In this document: piece after piece, positions 27,048 to 36,195 of the stretch
Position numbering within the stretch: the first letter of the stretch is position 1
How the letters are laid out: every line of letters starts with the position of its first letter
Assembly: GCA_045126475.1 (NCBI GenBank)
Contig: JBGVOL010000067.1
Location: 18,105 to 82,104 of the forward strand
Source of the DNA: Lachnospiraceae bacterium
Lineage (GTDB): Bacteria > Bacillota > Clostridia > Lachnospirales > Lachnospiraceae
DNA length: 64,000 nt
Direction: 5' to 3'
Notes under the pieces: model-generated
Databases searched by the model: none
What the model was told of the DNA's origin: nothing
Seen by the model: only the letters and a program-made list of their open reading frames with translations
Translations under genes and position numbers: made by a program

Positions 27048-28964
27048 ATGTCACTTATGACAAGTATGTGGGTCGGAGTATCAGGATTACGCGCCCAGCA
27101 GAATGCCATAAATACCACATCTCATAACCTGGCAAATATATATTCCGATGGTTATGTAAGACAGCAGGTAAGCATGGCTGACAATACATATCAGAATTTG
27201 GGTCTTACACAGGCAAATACGAAACAGTTGGGTCTCGGTGTTGTGTCAGCAGAAACACGGCATATAAGAGACCTTTTATTAGATAGAGCGTTCCGTGAAG
27301 AGGGAGGACGGTACGGCTTCTATACTGCAAGATATGAAGCAGCAGAAGAAGTACAGGATATCCTTGGAGAAACAGAAGGAGTTCAGTTTCAGGAATCCTT
27401 AAAGGACCTTTGGAATGCAATCAGCGAGGTGGCAAAGACACCGGACAGCCTTGTTGCACGCTCAGGACTTGTAATGAGTGCAGAGGCATTTATAAGCAGA
27501 GCAAACGGTATTTATCAGGAACTTATCGACTATCAGCAGAAAATAGATAAAAAAGTAACCGATACGGTAGATAAGATAAACAGTCTTGCAGACAAGATAT
27601 ATGCTTTAAGCGAAAAAATATCAGTGGTTGAGGCGGCAAAGGTTGAGACTGCAGCAGATTTAAGAGACCAGAGGGATCTGGCACTTGATGAACTGGGAAA
27701 ACTGGTGAAGATAACATATAGTGAAGACGAAAACGGATATATGAACGTCCGGGCTGAAGGACAGGAATTTATATCAAAAGCAGGTGTGTGGCATATGGAA
27801 CTGGCACATCTTGAAGGAGATGAAGGTTCTACGTATTTGTCTCCCGTATGGCCACAGCTTGACGGAGGACCTGTTTTTAACCTGAAGGAAGCAATTACAC
27901 CTCAGAAGAATAACGATATCGGAGAACTGAAAGGATATCTTCTTGCAAGAGGCGGATATGTTGCAAATTATAAAGATATTCCTGTTAAACCGGAGAGACA
28001 GAATTATCCTGACGGGGATGCAGGCACAGCCCAGTTCAGGGCGGATCTTGAGAATTACTATAATGTAGAAGCAGTTGAATACAACAAAAATGTTGGCAAT
28101 ACAGTAGTAATGAAGTCTCAGGCCATGTTAGACCAGCTTGTAAACAAGATAGTAACGCTGGTAAATGATATACTTTCACCTACAAAGAAAATTGATACAG
28201 GTGGCGGACTGACGGTTACAGTTCCGGCGGGAACATGCATTAACAATGTGGATGACTCATTGAAGGAAGCACTGAAAAAAGCAGTGGATAACGGCACAGC
28301 CACAGTCGACAGATTTGGTGTGCTGCAAAATCCCGGAGGAGTGACTGTTACAATCGCAGCGGATGCAGAGCTTACAATTCTTGATATGGATAAAACATCT
28401 TACGGAACAGACCCAGATAAGACACCGGGAACAGAGCTTTTTGTGAGAAATAACCAGCCTGAAAGATATACAAAGGTAACAGGCGCCGACGGAACAGAGT
28501 ATTATGTTTATAATAAAAACGACGATTTTGGCGATGAGTCTTTATATACTCTCGGAAATTTAGGAATTAATGAAAAGGTTCTTGATGATTACTCATATCT
28601 TCCGTTTAAAACAAAAGAGGAAGATGTGGATTTACAGATGGGAGAGAGACTTCTGGCAGCGTGGGATTCGGCGGATGTATGTATTGACCCGAACAACACC
28701 ACAAAGAAAGATATTAACGATTATTACAGTGCTATGGTTGGTATAATCGGCAATGACGGATATATGTATAATGCCGTTGCGGAAAGCCAGTCAAGTCTTA
28801 TATCTTCCATAGACGAGAAAAGGGAGTCAAAGCAGGGAGTTACATCAGAAGAAGAACTTACAAATCTGATAAAATTCCAGAATGCGTACAATGCTTCATC
28901 AAGATATATTACAACTATAGCAGATATGATAGATACACTTATCAACAAGGTTGGCAACTGGTAA
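27048..28964 (+). CDS. flgK: flagellar hook-associated protein 1 (FlgK), long form
   Basis: N-terminal VGVSGLRAQQNAINTTSHNLANIYSDGYVRQ and C-terminal EELTNLIKFQNAYNASSRYITTIADMIDTLINK. Confidence 0.85.
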   Translation: MSLMTSMWVGVSGLRAQQNAINTTSHNLANIYSDGYVRQQVSMADNTYQNLGLTQANTKQLGLGVVSAETRHIRDLLLDRAFREEGGRYGFYTARYEAAEEVQDILGETEGVQFQESLKDLWNAISEVAKTPDSLVARSGLVMSAEAFISRANGIYQELIDYQQKIDKKVTDTVDKINSLADKIYALSEKISVVEAAKVETAADLRDQRDLALDELGKLVKITYSEDENGYMNVRAEGQEFISKAGVWHMELAHLEGDEGSTYLSPVWPQLDGGPVFNLKEAITPQKNNDIGELKGYLLARGGYVANYKDIPVKPERQNYPDGDAGTAQFRADLENYYNVEAVEYNKNVGNTVVMKSQAMLDQLVNKIVTLVNDILSPTKKIDTGGGLTVTVPAGTCINNVDDSLKEALKKAVDNGTATVDRFGVLQNPGGVTVTIAADAELTILDMDKTSYGTDPDKTPGTELFVRNNQPERYTKVTGADGTEYYVYNKNDDFGDESLYTLGNLGINEKVLDDYSYLPFKTKEEDVDLQMGERLLAAWDSADVCIDPNNTTKKDINDYYSAMVGIIGNDGYMYNAVAESQSSLISSIDEKRESKQGVTSEEELTNLIKFQNAYNASSRYITTIADMIDTLINKVGNW

Positions 28965-29009
28965 GATTAGAAATCAATGGCAGAGATGCCGGAGAAGGAG
29001 GAGCAGGCT

Positions 29010-30491
29010 ATGGCAAATTCATTTTTTGGATTGCATATTGGAACATCAGGATTATATGCGGCCAATACATGGCTTAATATAACGGCCAATAATATTTCAA
29101 ATGAACAGACAAAAGGATATTCGAGACAGACAGCCACACAGCAGGCTTCAAAGGCACTCCGCGTATACCAGAGATACGGTGAGATTGGAAGTGGTGTGGA
29201 GGTAAGCGACATCACAAGAGTCAGGGATGAGTATTATGACGTAAAGTACTGGAATAACCAGTGCAAGTATGGTGACAGTACAACGAAAGCATATTATCTT
29301 ATGCAGATTGAAGACTATTTTGCTGATGACGGTAAGTCGGGATTTACCACAGAATTCAGCGGCTTTTATAACAGCCTTGATGAACTTTCAAAGACACCTG
29401 CCGATTTGTCGGCAAGAAGTTCAATGCTCAATTATGCAGAAAACTTTCTCGAATATATGAGCACCATTAAGACAAATCTTCAGAATACTCAGGCAGACCT
29501 CAATGCCGAGATATACAGTAATGTTGACAAGATTAACTCATTGTCAAAGGAAATCGCCATAATTAATAAACAGATAAATGTTATTGAGCTTCAGGGCGCA
29601 AATGCCAATGAACTTCGTGACAAAAGGTCACTTCTTGTAGATGAACTTTCGTCAATTGTTGAGGTAGATACTCATGAAGTGTTTTATGAAAACGGAAAAT
29701 CAGAGTACTACGTGACTATCTGCGGAAAATCACTTGTTAATAATTATGACTGTTTTACACTTGAGACAAAGGCAAGAGAGGAAAAGGCAGATGAAGATGA
29801 CCTTGTAGGACTTTATGATATAAAGTGGAGTTACGGTGAAGATTTTGACCCGGCAGCTTCGGGAACAAGGGGAACCCTCTCGGCACTTATACTGCTGAGA
29901 GACGGTAATAACAGCGTTGCGGAAGCAGGCAACCCGGTGGCGGAGAAAGTTGATTTCAAGGGTATACCTTATTATATTGATGAGATAGATAAGTTCCTTG
30001 ATAAGTTTACGGAGACAATTAATGAGGTTCATGCTAAGGGAGTTAATCTTTATGATGAACCTACGACAGACATACCATTCTTTATACAGGATAAATCAGG
30101 CAAGTACATTGTAAATCCTGAGATAATGGAAGATCCGATGAAGCTTGCCACAAGTACATACGGCACGGCTGAAATCAGTGCATCTGACATTGTGGATGAA
30201 CTGGTGAATACAAAGAATTATAAGAATTTTGACGGCGGAACGGCGAAGGAAGCTCTTAATACTATTATTACGGAGTTATCCATAGATTCAAAAAAAGCAC
30301 AGTCACAGGAGAAAAATTATACTAACTTCCAAAAACTTATACAGAACCAGAGATTGTCAATCATGGGTGTTGATAAAGATGAGGAAGCAATGAATCTGGT
30401 AAAGTATCAGGAAGCATATGATTTGTCGGCAAAGGTTATTCAGATTATGTCTGAAATATACGATAAACTTATAAATGAAACAGGATTATAG
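29010..30491 (+). CDS. second FlgK-family hook-associated protein
   Basis: FFGLHIGTSGLYAANTWLNITANNISNEQTKGYSRQ and EEAMNLVKYQEAYDLSAKVIQIMSEIYDKLINE. Start moved to MANSFFG (29010), 6 nt after GGAGGAG. Confidence 0.75.
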   Translation: MANSFFGLHIGTSGLYAANTWLNITANNISNEQTKGYSRQTATQQASKALRVYQRYGEIGSGVEVSDITRVRDEYYDVKYWNNQCKYGDSTTKAYYLMQIEDYFADDGKSGFTTEFSGFYNSLDELSKTPADLSARSSMLNYAENFLEYMSTIKTNLQNTQADLNAEIYSNVDKINSLSKEIAIINKQINVIELQGANANELRDKRSLLVDELSSIVEVDTHEVFYENGKSEYYVTICGKSLVNNYDCFTLETKAREEKADEDDLVGLYDIKWSYGEDFDPAASGTRGTLSALILLRDGNNSVAEAGNPVAEKVDFKGIPYYIDEIDKFLDKFTETINEVHAKGVNLYDEPTTDIPFFIQDKSGKYIVNPEIMEDPMKLATSTYGTAEISASDIVDELVNTKNYKNFDGGTAKEALNTIITELSIDSKKAQSQEKNYTNFQKLIQNQRLSIMGVDKDEEAMNLVKYQEAYDLSAKVIQIMSEIYDKLINETGL

Positions 30492-30512
30492 AATGGATAA
30501 GGAGGAAACAGG

Positions 30513-31955
30513 ATGCGTATTACAAACAGTATTATGATAAATAATTCGCTAAATAATATCAGCAAGAATAAAACACTTTCTGATAAACTTAATACACAGC
30601 TTTCTACGACAAAAAAGATACAGCGTCCTTCGGAGGACCCTATCGTAGCTATTCGCGCACTGAGACTTCGCTCCACATACAATGAAATTGAACAGTATCT
30701 TGATAAGAATATATCGGATGCAAGGTCGTGGATGGAGACAACACAGGAGGCTATTGAAAGTATCAATTCAGTTCTTACGGATATTTCGGGGTATTGCAAT
30801 CAGGGTGTAAACGGGTATAATACAGTTGAGGAGAGAAATACTCTTATTACGACCTTGAAGCAGCTTCGTGATCAGATATATTCCGATGGTAACGCCAATC
30901 TTGTTGACAGAACATTGTTCACGGGATACAAGACAGACGCCGACCTGACATTCAGGGATGATGAGCCGAATACAAAATACGAGATGACTCAGGAATTTAC
31001 GGCAGATGATATAAAAAATACTAACCGTATTCTGGGACTTGACATATCTACCATAAACGGAAATGTATCAGGCTCAAGCATATACAATAACCAGCATCAC
31101 GTAATTAATCTGGGGTATACTGAGATTGACTCTGTATCGGAGATTACAATAGGTAATACAACATACAGTCTCGGAGCAGGAAATCTTATTGAACTGACAA
31201 ATACAAATCCGACAGTATACAGAACCGTTCCGGCAGGCTCCATTGCATATGTGAAGGAAACGGGAGAAATCCTTCTTGGAAGTAATGCCTTTAATGCAAT
31301 GTCGGCAGGCGAAAATATGTCGGTTACATACAGTAAGACGGGTTTTGATACAGGAGAATTAAGACCGGAGCATTACTTTACATGTACTAACGTTACAAAA
31401 GGCGTCTCATATACAAAGAAGGATATGCCGATTAATTATACCATTAATTTCAATCAGACAATTACCATAAATACTCAGGCACAGAATGTACTTCCTCATG
31501 CTATTGCAAGAGACCTTGATGAGATAATCAACAGTGTTGTGACTGCGGTTGATGTGCAGACAAAAATTGATTCCCTTAATAAAAGACTGGAAACAGAACA
31601 GGACGGGACAACAATTAAGAATATCAACTATATGCTTGATGTGTTGAAACTTGAGTTGTCATATGCGGAAGATAATATGAAGAACTGCTTTTCAGCAGGT
31701 ATTACGGAATATAAGAAGCATCAGGAAAAACTCAGCACAGAGCTTTCAGATATAGGTGCGAGACTTATAAGACTGTCACTGAATGAAGAAAGACTTACAA
31801 CTCAGAAACTCAATGTAGAGGATTTGAAGAGTAAGAATGAAGAGATAGAGGAAGAGGAAGTGGCAGTAGAATGGGCGGCAGCACAGGCAGTATACGATGC
31901 GTCACTTGCTACATCGGCAAAGGTAGTTCAGAAGTCATTGCTAGATTTCTTATAA
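30513..31955 (+). CDS. flgL: flagellar hook-associated protein 3 (FlgL), enlarged (480 aa)
   Basis: MRITNSIMINNSLNNISKNKTLSDKLNTQLSTTKKIQRPSEDPIVAIRALRLRS, a flagellin-like N-terminus typical of FlgL. Confidence 0.8.
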   Translation: MRITNSIMINNSLNNISKNKTLSDKLNTQLSTTKKIQRPSEDPIVAIRALRLRSTYNEIEQYLDKNISDARSWMETTQEAIESINSVLTDISGYCNQGVNGYNTVEERNTLITTLKQLRDQIYSDGNANLVDRTLFTGYKTDADLTFRDDEPNTKYEMTQEFTADDIKNTNRILGLDISTINGNVSGSSIYNNQHHVINLGYTEIDSVSEITIGNTTYSLGAGNLIELTNTNPTVYRTVPAGSIAYVKETGEILLGSNAFNAMSAGENMSVTYSKTGFDTGELRPEHYFTCTNVTKGVSYTKKDMPINYTINFNQTITINTQAQNVLPHAIARDLDEIINSVVTAVDVQTKIDSLNKRLETEQDGTTIKNINYMLDVLKLELSYAEDNMKNCFSAGITEYKKHQEKLSTELSDIGARLIRLSLNEERLTTQKLNVEDLKSKNEEIEEEEVAVEWAAAQAVYDASLATSAKVVQKSLLDFL

Positions 31956-31971
31956 AATAGGAGGAAAAAAG

Positions 31972-32427
31972 ATGAAGGTAAATACGAAAATATTTGGGGA
32001 AATTGAAGTGGATGAGAGCAGATTCCTGCAGTTTGAGGATGGTATATTGGGCTTTCCTGAACTTAAGAGATTCATGCTTATTCATGATGAGGAGAGCAGT
32101 GGAAAAAACCTTATATCATGGATGCAGTCAATAGATGAGCCGGGTTTTGCAATGCCGGTCATTGATCCGCTTCGTGTATGTCCGGATTACAATCCGGAGG
32201 TGGAAGATGAACTTTTAAAACCACTTGGTGAGATTAAGGGAGAAGAGATACTTGTTCTTACTACGGTTACTGTCCCTGCTGAAATTGAGAAGATGACTTC
32301 AAATCTTAAGGCTCCGTTTATTATCAATACTGATAACCTTAAGGCATGTCAGATAATACTTGAGGATGAAAAATATCTTATAAAATACCCAATCTATGAG
32401 GTACTTAAAGGTAAAAAGGAAAAATAG
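31972..32427 (+). CDS. fliW: flagellar assembly factor FliW (CsrA antagonist)
   Basis: FGEIEVDESRFLQFEDGILGFPELKRFMLI, NLKAPFIIN. Lies immediately upstream of csrA. Confidence 0.9.
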   Translation: MKVNTKIFGEIEVDESRFLQFEDGILGFPELKRFMLIHDEESSGKNLISWMQSIDEPGFAMPVIDPLRVCPDYNPEVEDELLKPLGEIKGEEILVLTTVTVPAEIEKMTSNLKAPFIINTDNLKACQIILEDEKYLIKYPIYEVLKGKKEK

Positions 32428-32439
32428 GGAGGGAAGAAT

Positions 32440-32658
32440 ATGTTAGCATTATCAAGAAAAAAGGATGAAGCCATTGTTATAAACAACAATGTTGAGATTA
32501 CAATTATTGAGATAAAAGGTGATCAGGTAAAGCTTGGCATATCAGCGCCAAAGTCAGTGCCGATTTATCGTAAAGAGGTATATTTACAGATTCAGGAAGC
32601 TAACAAGGCAGCGGCTAATGAAGGAGCAATGGAGGCACTTAAGAATCTGTTGAAGTAG
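32440..32658 (+). CDS. csrA: carbon storage regulator CsrA
   Basis: MLALSRKKDEAIVINNNVEITIIEIKGDQVKLGISAPKSVPIYRKEVY. Confidence 0.95.
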   Translation: MLALSRKKDEAIVINNNVEITIIEIKGDQVKLGISAPKSVPIYRKEVYLQIQEANKAAANEGAMEALKNLLK

Positions 32659-32683
32659 TTTGTCATAATTTTTTTTAAAAATA

Positions 32684-32711
32684 TAATTTTTTTTGGCAGC
32701 GATGCCGATAA
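32684..32711 (+). promoter_or_regulatory. possible sigma-D promoter upstream of flaG-fliD-fliS
   Basis: Good -10 GCCGATAA (32704-32711) but only a TAAT at the -35 position (16-nt spacer). B. subtilis has a SigD promoter at the equivalent place. Confidence 0.3.
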
Positions 32712-32758
32712 AGGGATTAAAGGTAACGATTAATTTAGTTTTCCAAGGAGGGATTAAC

Positions 32759-33106
32759 ATGGCAATCGAAGGAGTAAAAAATGTACAGGCAGCGGGCTAT
32801 CAGGCTTCGCAGACAGCAACAAAGCCGGTAGAGCAGGTTAGCATTGGAATACCTGATACAGCGGTGGACACACAGCGCAGGGAAGCGTCAAATGAGCAGA
32901 TTAAGAAGGCTGTATCAGATATGAATAAGAGAATGTCAAACACATCATGTCAGTTTGGCGTTCATGAGGGTACAGGAAGAGTTACCATAAAAATAATTGA
33001 CAAAGATACAAAAGATGTAATAAAGGAGTTTCCGGCAGAAAAAACGCTGGAGATGATAGAAAAAGCATGGGAGCTTGCGGGCATCATGGTTGATGAAAAA
33101 CGCTAG
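32759..33106 (+). CDS. flaG: flagellar protein FlaG
   Basis: Start moved to MAIEGVK (32759) after AAGGAGGG. C-terminal FGVHEGTGRVTIKIIDKDTKDVIKEFP is the FlaG signature. Confidence 0.75.
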   Translation: MAIEGVKNVQAAGYQASQTATKPVEQVSIGIPDTAVDTQRREASNEQIKKAVSDMNKRMSNTSCQFGVHEGTGRVTIKIIDKDTKDVIKEFPAEKTLEMIEKAWELAGIMVDEKR

Positions 33107-33118
33107 GAGGTGACCTAG

Positions 33119-35104
33119 ATGGCAATGCGTTTATCAGGTTTAGTGTCAGGTATGGATACGGATGCGATGATTGAAGAGCTGGTATCGGCATACAGCACTA
33201 AAAAAGACAAAATATTTAAACAGAAAAAAACACTTGAATATAAGCAGGATGCGTGGAAAGAGATGAACACAAAGATTTACGGTTTCTATACCGGAAAGCT
33301 CAGCAATATGCAGCTTACATCAAACTACGCATTAAAGACCACAAAGTCATCCAATGAAGATAAAGCTACAGTTACGGCTGCTTCCAATGCGGTAAACGGA
33401 ACACAGGAGCTTAAGATTAAGCAGCTTGCAAAGACAGGATATCTTACAGGCGCAGCCATAAAGACATCTGCCGGAAGTGAAGTGACTGCGGCAACAAAGC
33501 TCAGTGAACTTGGTATATCCGACAGCAAGATAAATGTAACTGTCGGTGAAGAGACAAAGACAATAGATATTAAGGGAACAATGAGCATAAAAGAGCTTCA
33601 GGCATCATTCTCAGATGCAGGGCTTACAGCAAACTTTGATGAGCAGAACGGAAGATTTTTTATAAGCTCTAAGACCGGAGGAGTAAAAGCTGACTTTATC
33701 ATGACGGGAGCAGGAAAGACCGGTAATGACACTCTTACAAAACTTGGTCTGAGCACTGTATCGAAGTCTGTGATAGACGGTTACAGAGCATATGCTGCGG
33801 AAAATGATGCGGCAAAGATAGAGAGTGATGCCAAGACCGACTATGTGGCAGAAGTTCTTCGTAAGGCTAATGAGGCAAATAAAGCAAGAATTACCGAACT
33901 CAATGAAAAGGCAGCAACTGACGCCGGACTTACTCAGGATGAGACAGATGAGCTTGACCTGCTTAAAAGTCAGGTTACAGAGATATCAGAGCTTCTTGCG
34001 GAGAGAGATTTCACTGCAATGGAAGAGTATGTAACAGTTGCACTTGGGGAAACTCTTGATTATTCAGAGAGCAATGCAGATTATCAGAAATATGTTGACT
34101 TATATCAGTCAGAGGCAGAATATGCACAGAATATGGTGGACTACGCTGACCTTTATGAGAAGAGCAAGACAAAGGTAGGCCTTACGACTGATGAGCAGAC
34201 GAAGTATGATGAGCTTGTGGCAAAATACGGTCAGCTTTACAATGACGGCGCTATAAAAATTGACGGTCAGGATGCCATTGTAGAGTTAAACGGTGCCGAG
34301 TTTACATCAAATACAAATACATTACAGATAAATGGTCTTACAATCAATGCAAAAGCAGTTACGGCAGATGACGAGATTATTACAATTACTACCGATACGG
34401 ATGTTGATGCTATTTATAACAAGATTAAGGACTTCTTCAAAGAGTACAACGAGCTTATGACAGAGATGTCGACAAAGTACAATGCGGCATCGGCAGGCGA
34501 TTATGAGCCGTTGACAGAAGAAGAAGAGGATGAGTTGTCTGATAAGCAGATTGAGAAGTGGGAAAAGATTTTGACAACTGCGGCTCTAAGAAGAGATTCT
34601 ACACTCAGCAGTGTAATGTCTTCGATGAAGACCGTTATGATGAAGGGATATGAGATAAACGGGAAGAATTACACACTTTCATCATTTGGTATTAAGACAA
34701 TGAGTTACTTTAATGCAGAGGATAATGAGAAGGCAAACTTCCACATTGACGGAGATAAGGACGACGAGAGCGTATCAGGAAATACTGATAAGCTTAGGGC
34801 AGCACTTGCATCAGACCCGGAGAATACCATAGAGTTCTTTTCTTCACTTATGAAAGACCTTTACAAAACATTGTCGGACAAGATGGCTAAGTCAACATCG
34901 ACTCACAGTGCATTTAAGATATACAATGACAAGACAATGACAACACAGATGAACAGTTATACTAAGAAGATTAGCGAGTGGGAGAAAAAGATAGATGATT
35001 ACAGAGATAAATATGTTAAGAAGTTCTCTGCAATGGAAACTGCCATGGCGAAGCTTCAGTCGCAGACATCTGCGATGTCGTCATTTTTCGGCACAGGAGG
35101 CTGA
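33119..35104 (+). CDS. fliD: flagellar filament cap protein FliD
   Basis: RLSGLVSGMDTDAMIEELVSAYSTKKDK N-terminus, and C-terminal KKFSAMETAMAKLQSQTSAMSSFF. Confidence 0.9.
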   Translation: MAMRLSGLVSGMDTDAMIEELVSAYSTKKDKIFKQKKTLEYKQDAWKEMNTKIYGFYTGKLSNMQLTSNYALKTTKSSNEDKATVTAASNAVNGTQELKIKQLAKTGYLTGAAIKTSAGSEVTAATKLSELGISDSKINVTVGEETKTIDIKGTMSIKELQASFSDAGLTANFDEQNGRFFISSKTGGVKADFIMTGAGKTGNDTLTKLGLSTVSKSVIDGYRAYAAENDAAKIESDAKTDYVAEVLRKANEANKARITELNEKAATDAGLTQDETDELDLLKSQVTEISELLAERDFTAMEEYVTVALGETLDYSESNADYQKYVDLYQSEAEYAQNMVDYADLYEKSKTKVGLTTDEQTKYDELVAKYGQLYNDGAIKIDGQDAIVELNGAEFTSNTNTLQINGLTINAKAVTADDEIITITTDTDVDAIYNKIKDFFKEYNELMTEMSTKYNAASAGDYEPLTEEEEDELSDKQIEKWEKILTTAALRRDSTLSSVMSSMKTVMMKGYEINGKNYTLSSFGIKTMSYFNAEDNEKANFHIDGDKDDESVSGNTDKLRAALASDPENTIEFFSSLMKDLYKTLSDKMAKSTSTHSAFKIYNDKTMTTQMNSYTKKISEWEKKIDDYRDKYVKKFSAMETAMAKLQSQTSAMSSFFGTGG

Positions 35105-35141
35105 TAATAGATTTAATAAATAATAAAAGAGGTGTTTGAGT

Positions 35142-35528
35142 ATGGCATTACAAAATGGATATTCTAATTATGCAAACAACAAAATAATGACTGCTTCACC
35201 GGCTCAGCTTACTCTGATGCTCTATGACGGCGCAATAAAGTTTTGCAATATTGCGATTGCGGGAATCGAAGCAAATGATATTGAGAAGGCTCACAACAAT
35301 ATAAGAAAAGTGGAGAAGATTATTGAGGAGTTTAGAAATACTCTTGATTTCAAGTATCCTGTAGCAAAGGATTTTGACAGAGTGTATGAGTATCTTATAT
35401 ACAGACTCCGTCAGGCAAATATTCACAAGGACAAGGAGATGCTTGAGGAAGTATTGAAGCATTTGCGTACAATGCGTGGAACATGGGAAGAGGTAATGAA
35501 GAGTGCAAAGCAGAAAGACAGAGCATAG
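35142..35528 (+). CDS. fliS: flagellin-specific chaperone FliS
   Basis: YANNKIMTASPAQLTLMLYDGAIKFCNIA...VYEYLIYRLRQANI. ATG at 35142 lies 7 nt after AGAGGTG. Confidence 0.9.
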   Translation: MALQNGYSNYANNKIMTASPAQLTLMLYDGAIKFCNIAIAGIEANDIEKAHNNIRKVEKIIEEFRNTLDFKYPVAKDFDRVYEYLIYRLRQANIHKDKEMLEEVLKHLRTMRGTWEEVMKSAKQKDRA

Positions 35529-35994
35529 TTACATAGATATTTTGCAGCAGAGCCTTGAGAAAAAATCTAAAGTCTTGGACCGGATTATGGAGGCAAACAA
35601 GGAGCATGCGGTGATTGCTGCAGCCGAAAAGTTTGATCCGGAGGCATTTGACGAGGTATTTGACAAGAAGGATGCTCTTATAAAGGAACTTGAGCAGCTT
35701 GACAGAGGCTTTAATACCGTTTATGCAAGGGTGAAAGAGGAACTGACAGGCAACAAGGAGGCGTACAGGGAACAGATTGCCACCCTGCAGCGTCTTATCA
35801 GTGAAATTACCGACAAGTCAGTTGCCATACAGGTAGAGGAAAAGCGAAATCAGGAAGCTCTTATGGGACGTATGGATTTGCTTAAGCGTGAAGTGCATCA
35901 GGCAAAAAATACCAAAAAGATTGCAGCGAATTATTATAAAAACATGAGTGGACTGAACGTTGTGGAACCACAGTTCATGGATAGAAAGAAATAG
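35503..35994 (+). CDS. helical flagellar protein in the FliT position (FliT/FlgN-like)
   Basis: All-helical, charged 163-aa ORF directly after fliS, as fliT is in B. subtilis. No diagnostic motif. The start (GTG 35503 or TTG 35545) is uncertain. Confidence 0.45.
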   Translation: MQSRKTEHSYIDILQQSLEKKSKVLDRIMEANKEHAVIAAAEKFDPEAFDEVFDKKDALIKELEQLDRGFNTVYARVKEELTGNKEAYREQIATLQRLISEITDKSVAIQVEEKRNQEALMGRMDLLKREVHQAKNTKKIAANYYKNMSGLNVVEPQFMDRKK

Positions 35995-36182
35995 GGGACG
36001 GTTCCGGTGTATCGAGGAGCGTCCCCGTGTATCAATCAAAAGAAATCTATGCTGAATACAAATTACACTACAACAGCAGGAGATTTCTTTTTTGTATTAT
36101 AGCAAGCTGCAGGAGCAACAGTGATACAGGGGGACGCTCCTTGATACAGGGGGACACTCCCCGATACAGAGGAACCGTCCCC
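35994..36182. repeat. GC-rich nested inverted/direct repeat element abutting the RBS of the first glycosyltransferase gene
   Basis: Left arm GGGGACGGTTCCGGTGTATCGAGGAGCGTCCCCGTGTATCA (35994-36034). Right arm TGATACAGGGGGACGCTCCTTGATACAGGGGGACACTCCCCGATACAGAGGAACCGTCCCC (36122-36182), which is three ~20-nt direct units. Outer 12 nt are perfectly complementary. Confidence 0.7.
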
Positions 36183-36195
36183 AAGGAGGTAGGCA

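Noticed and set aside
36122-36182. Three tandem ~20-nt direct repeats: a possible mini-CRISPR?
   Set aside because: The units are contiguous with no spacers. They form the complement of an upstream arm, and there are no cas genes. This is an inverted-repeat element, not a CRISPR array.
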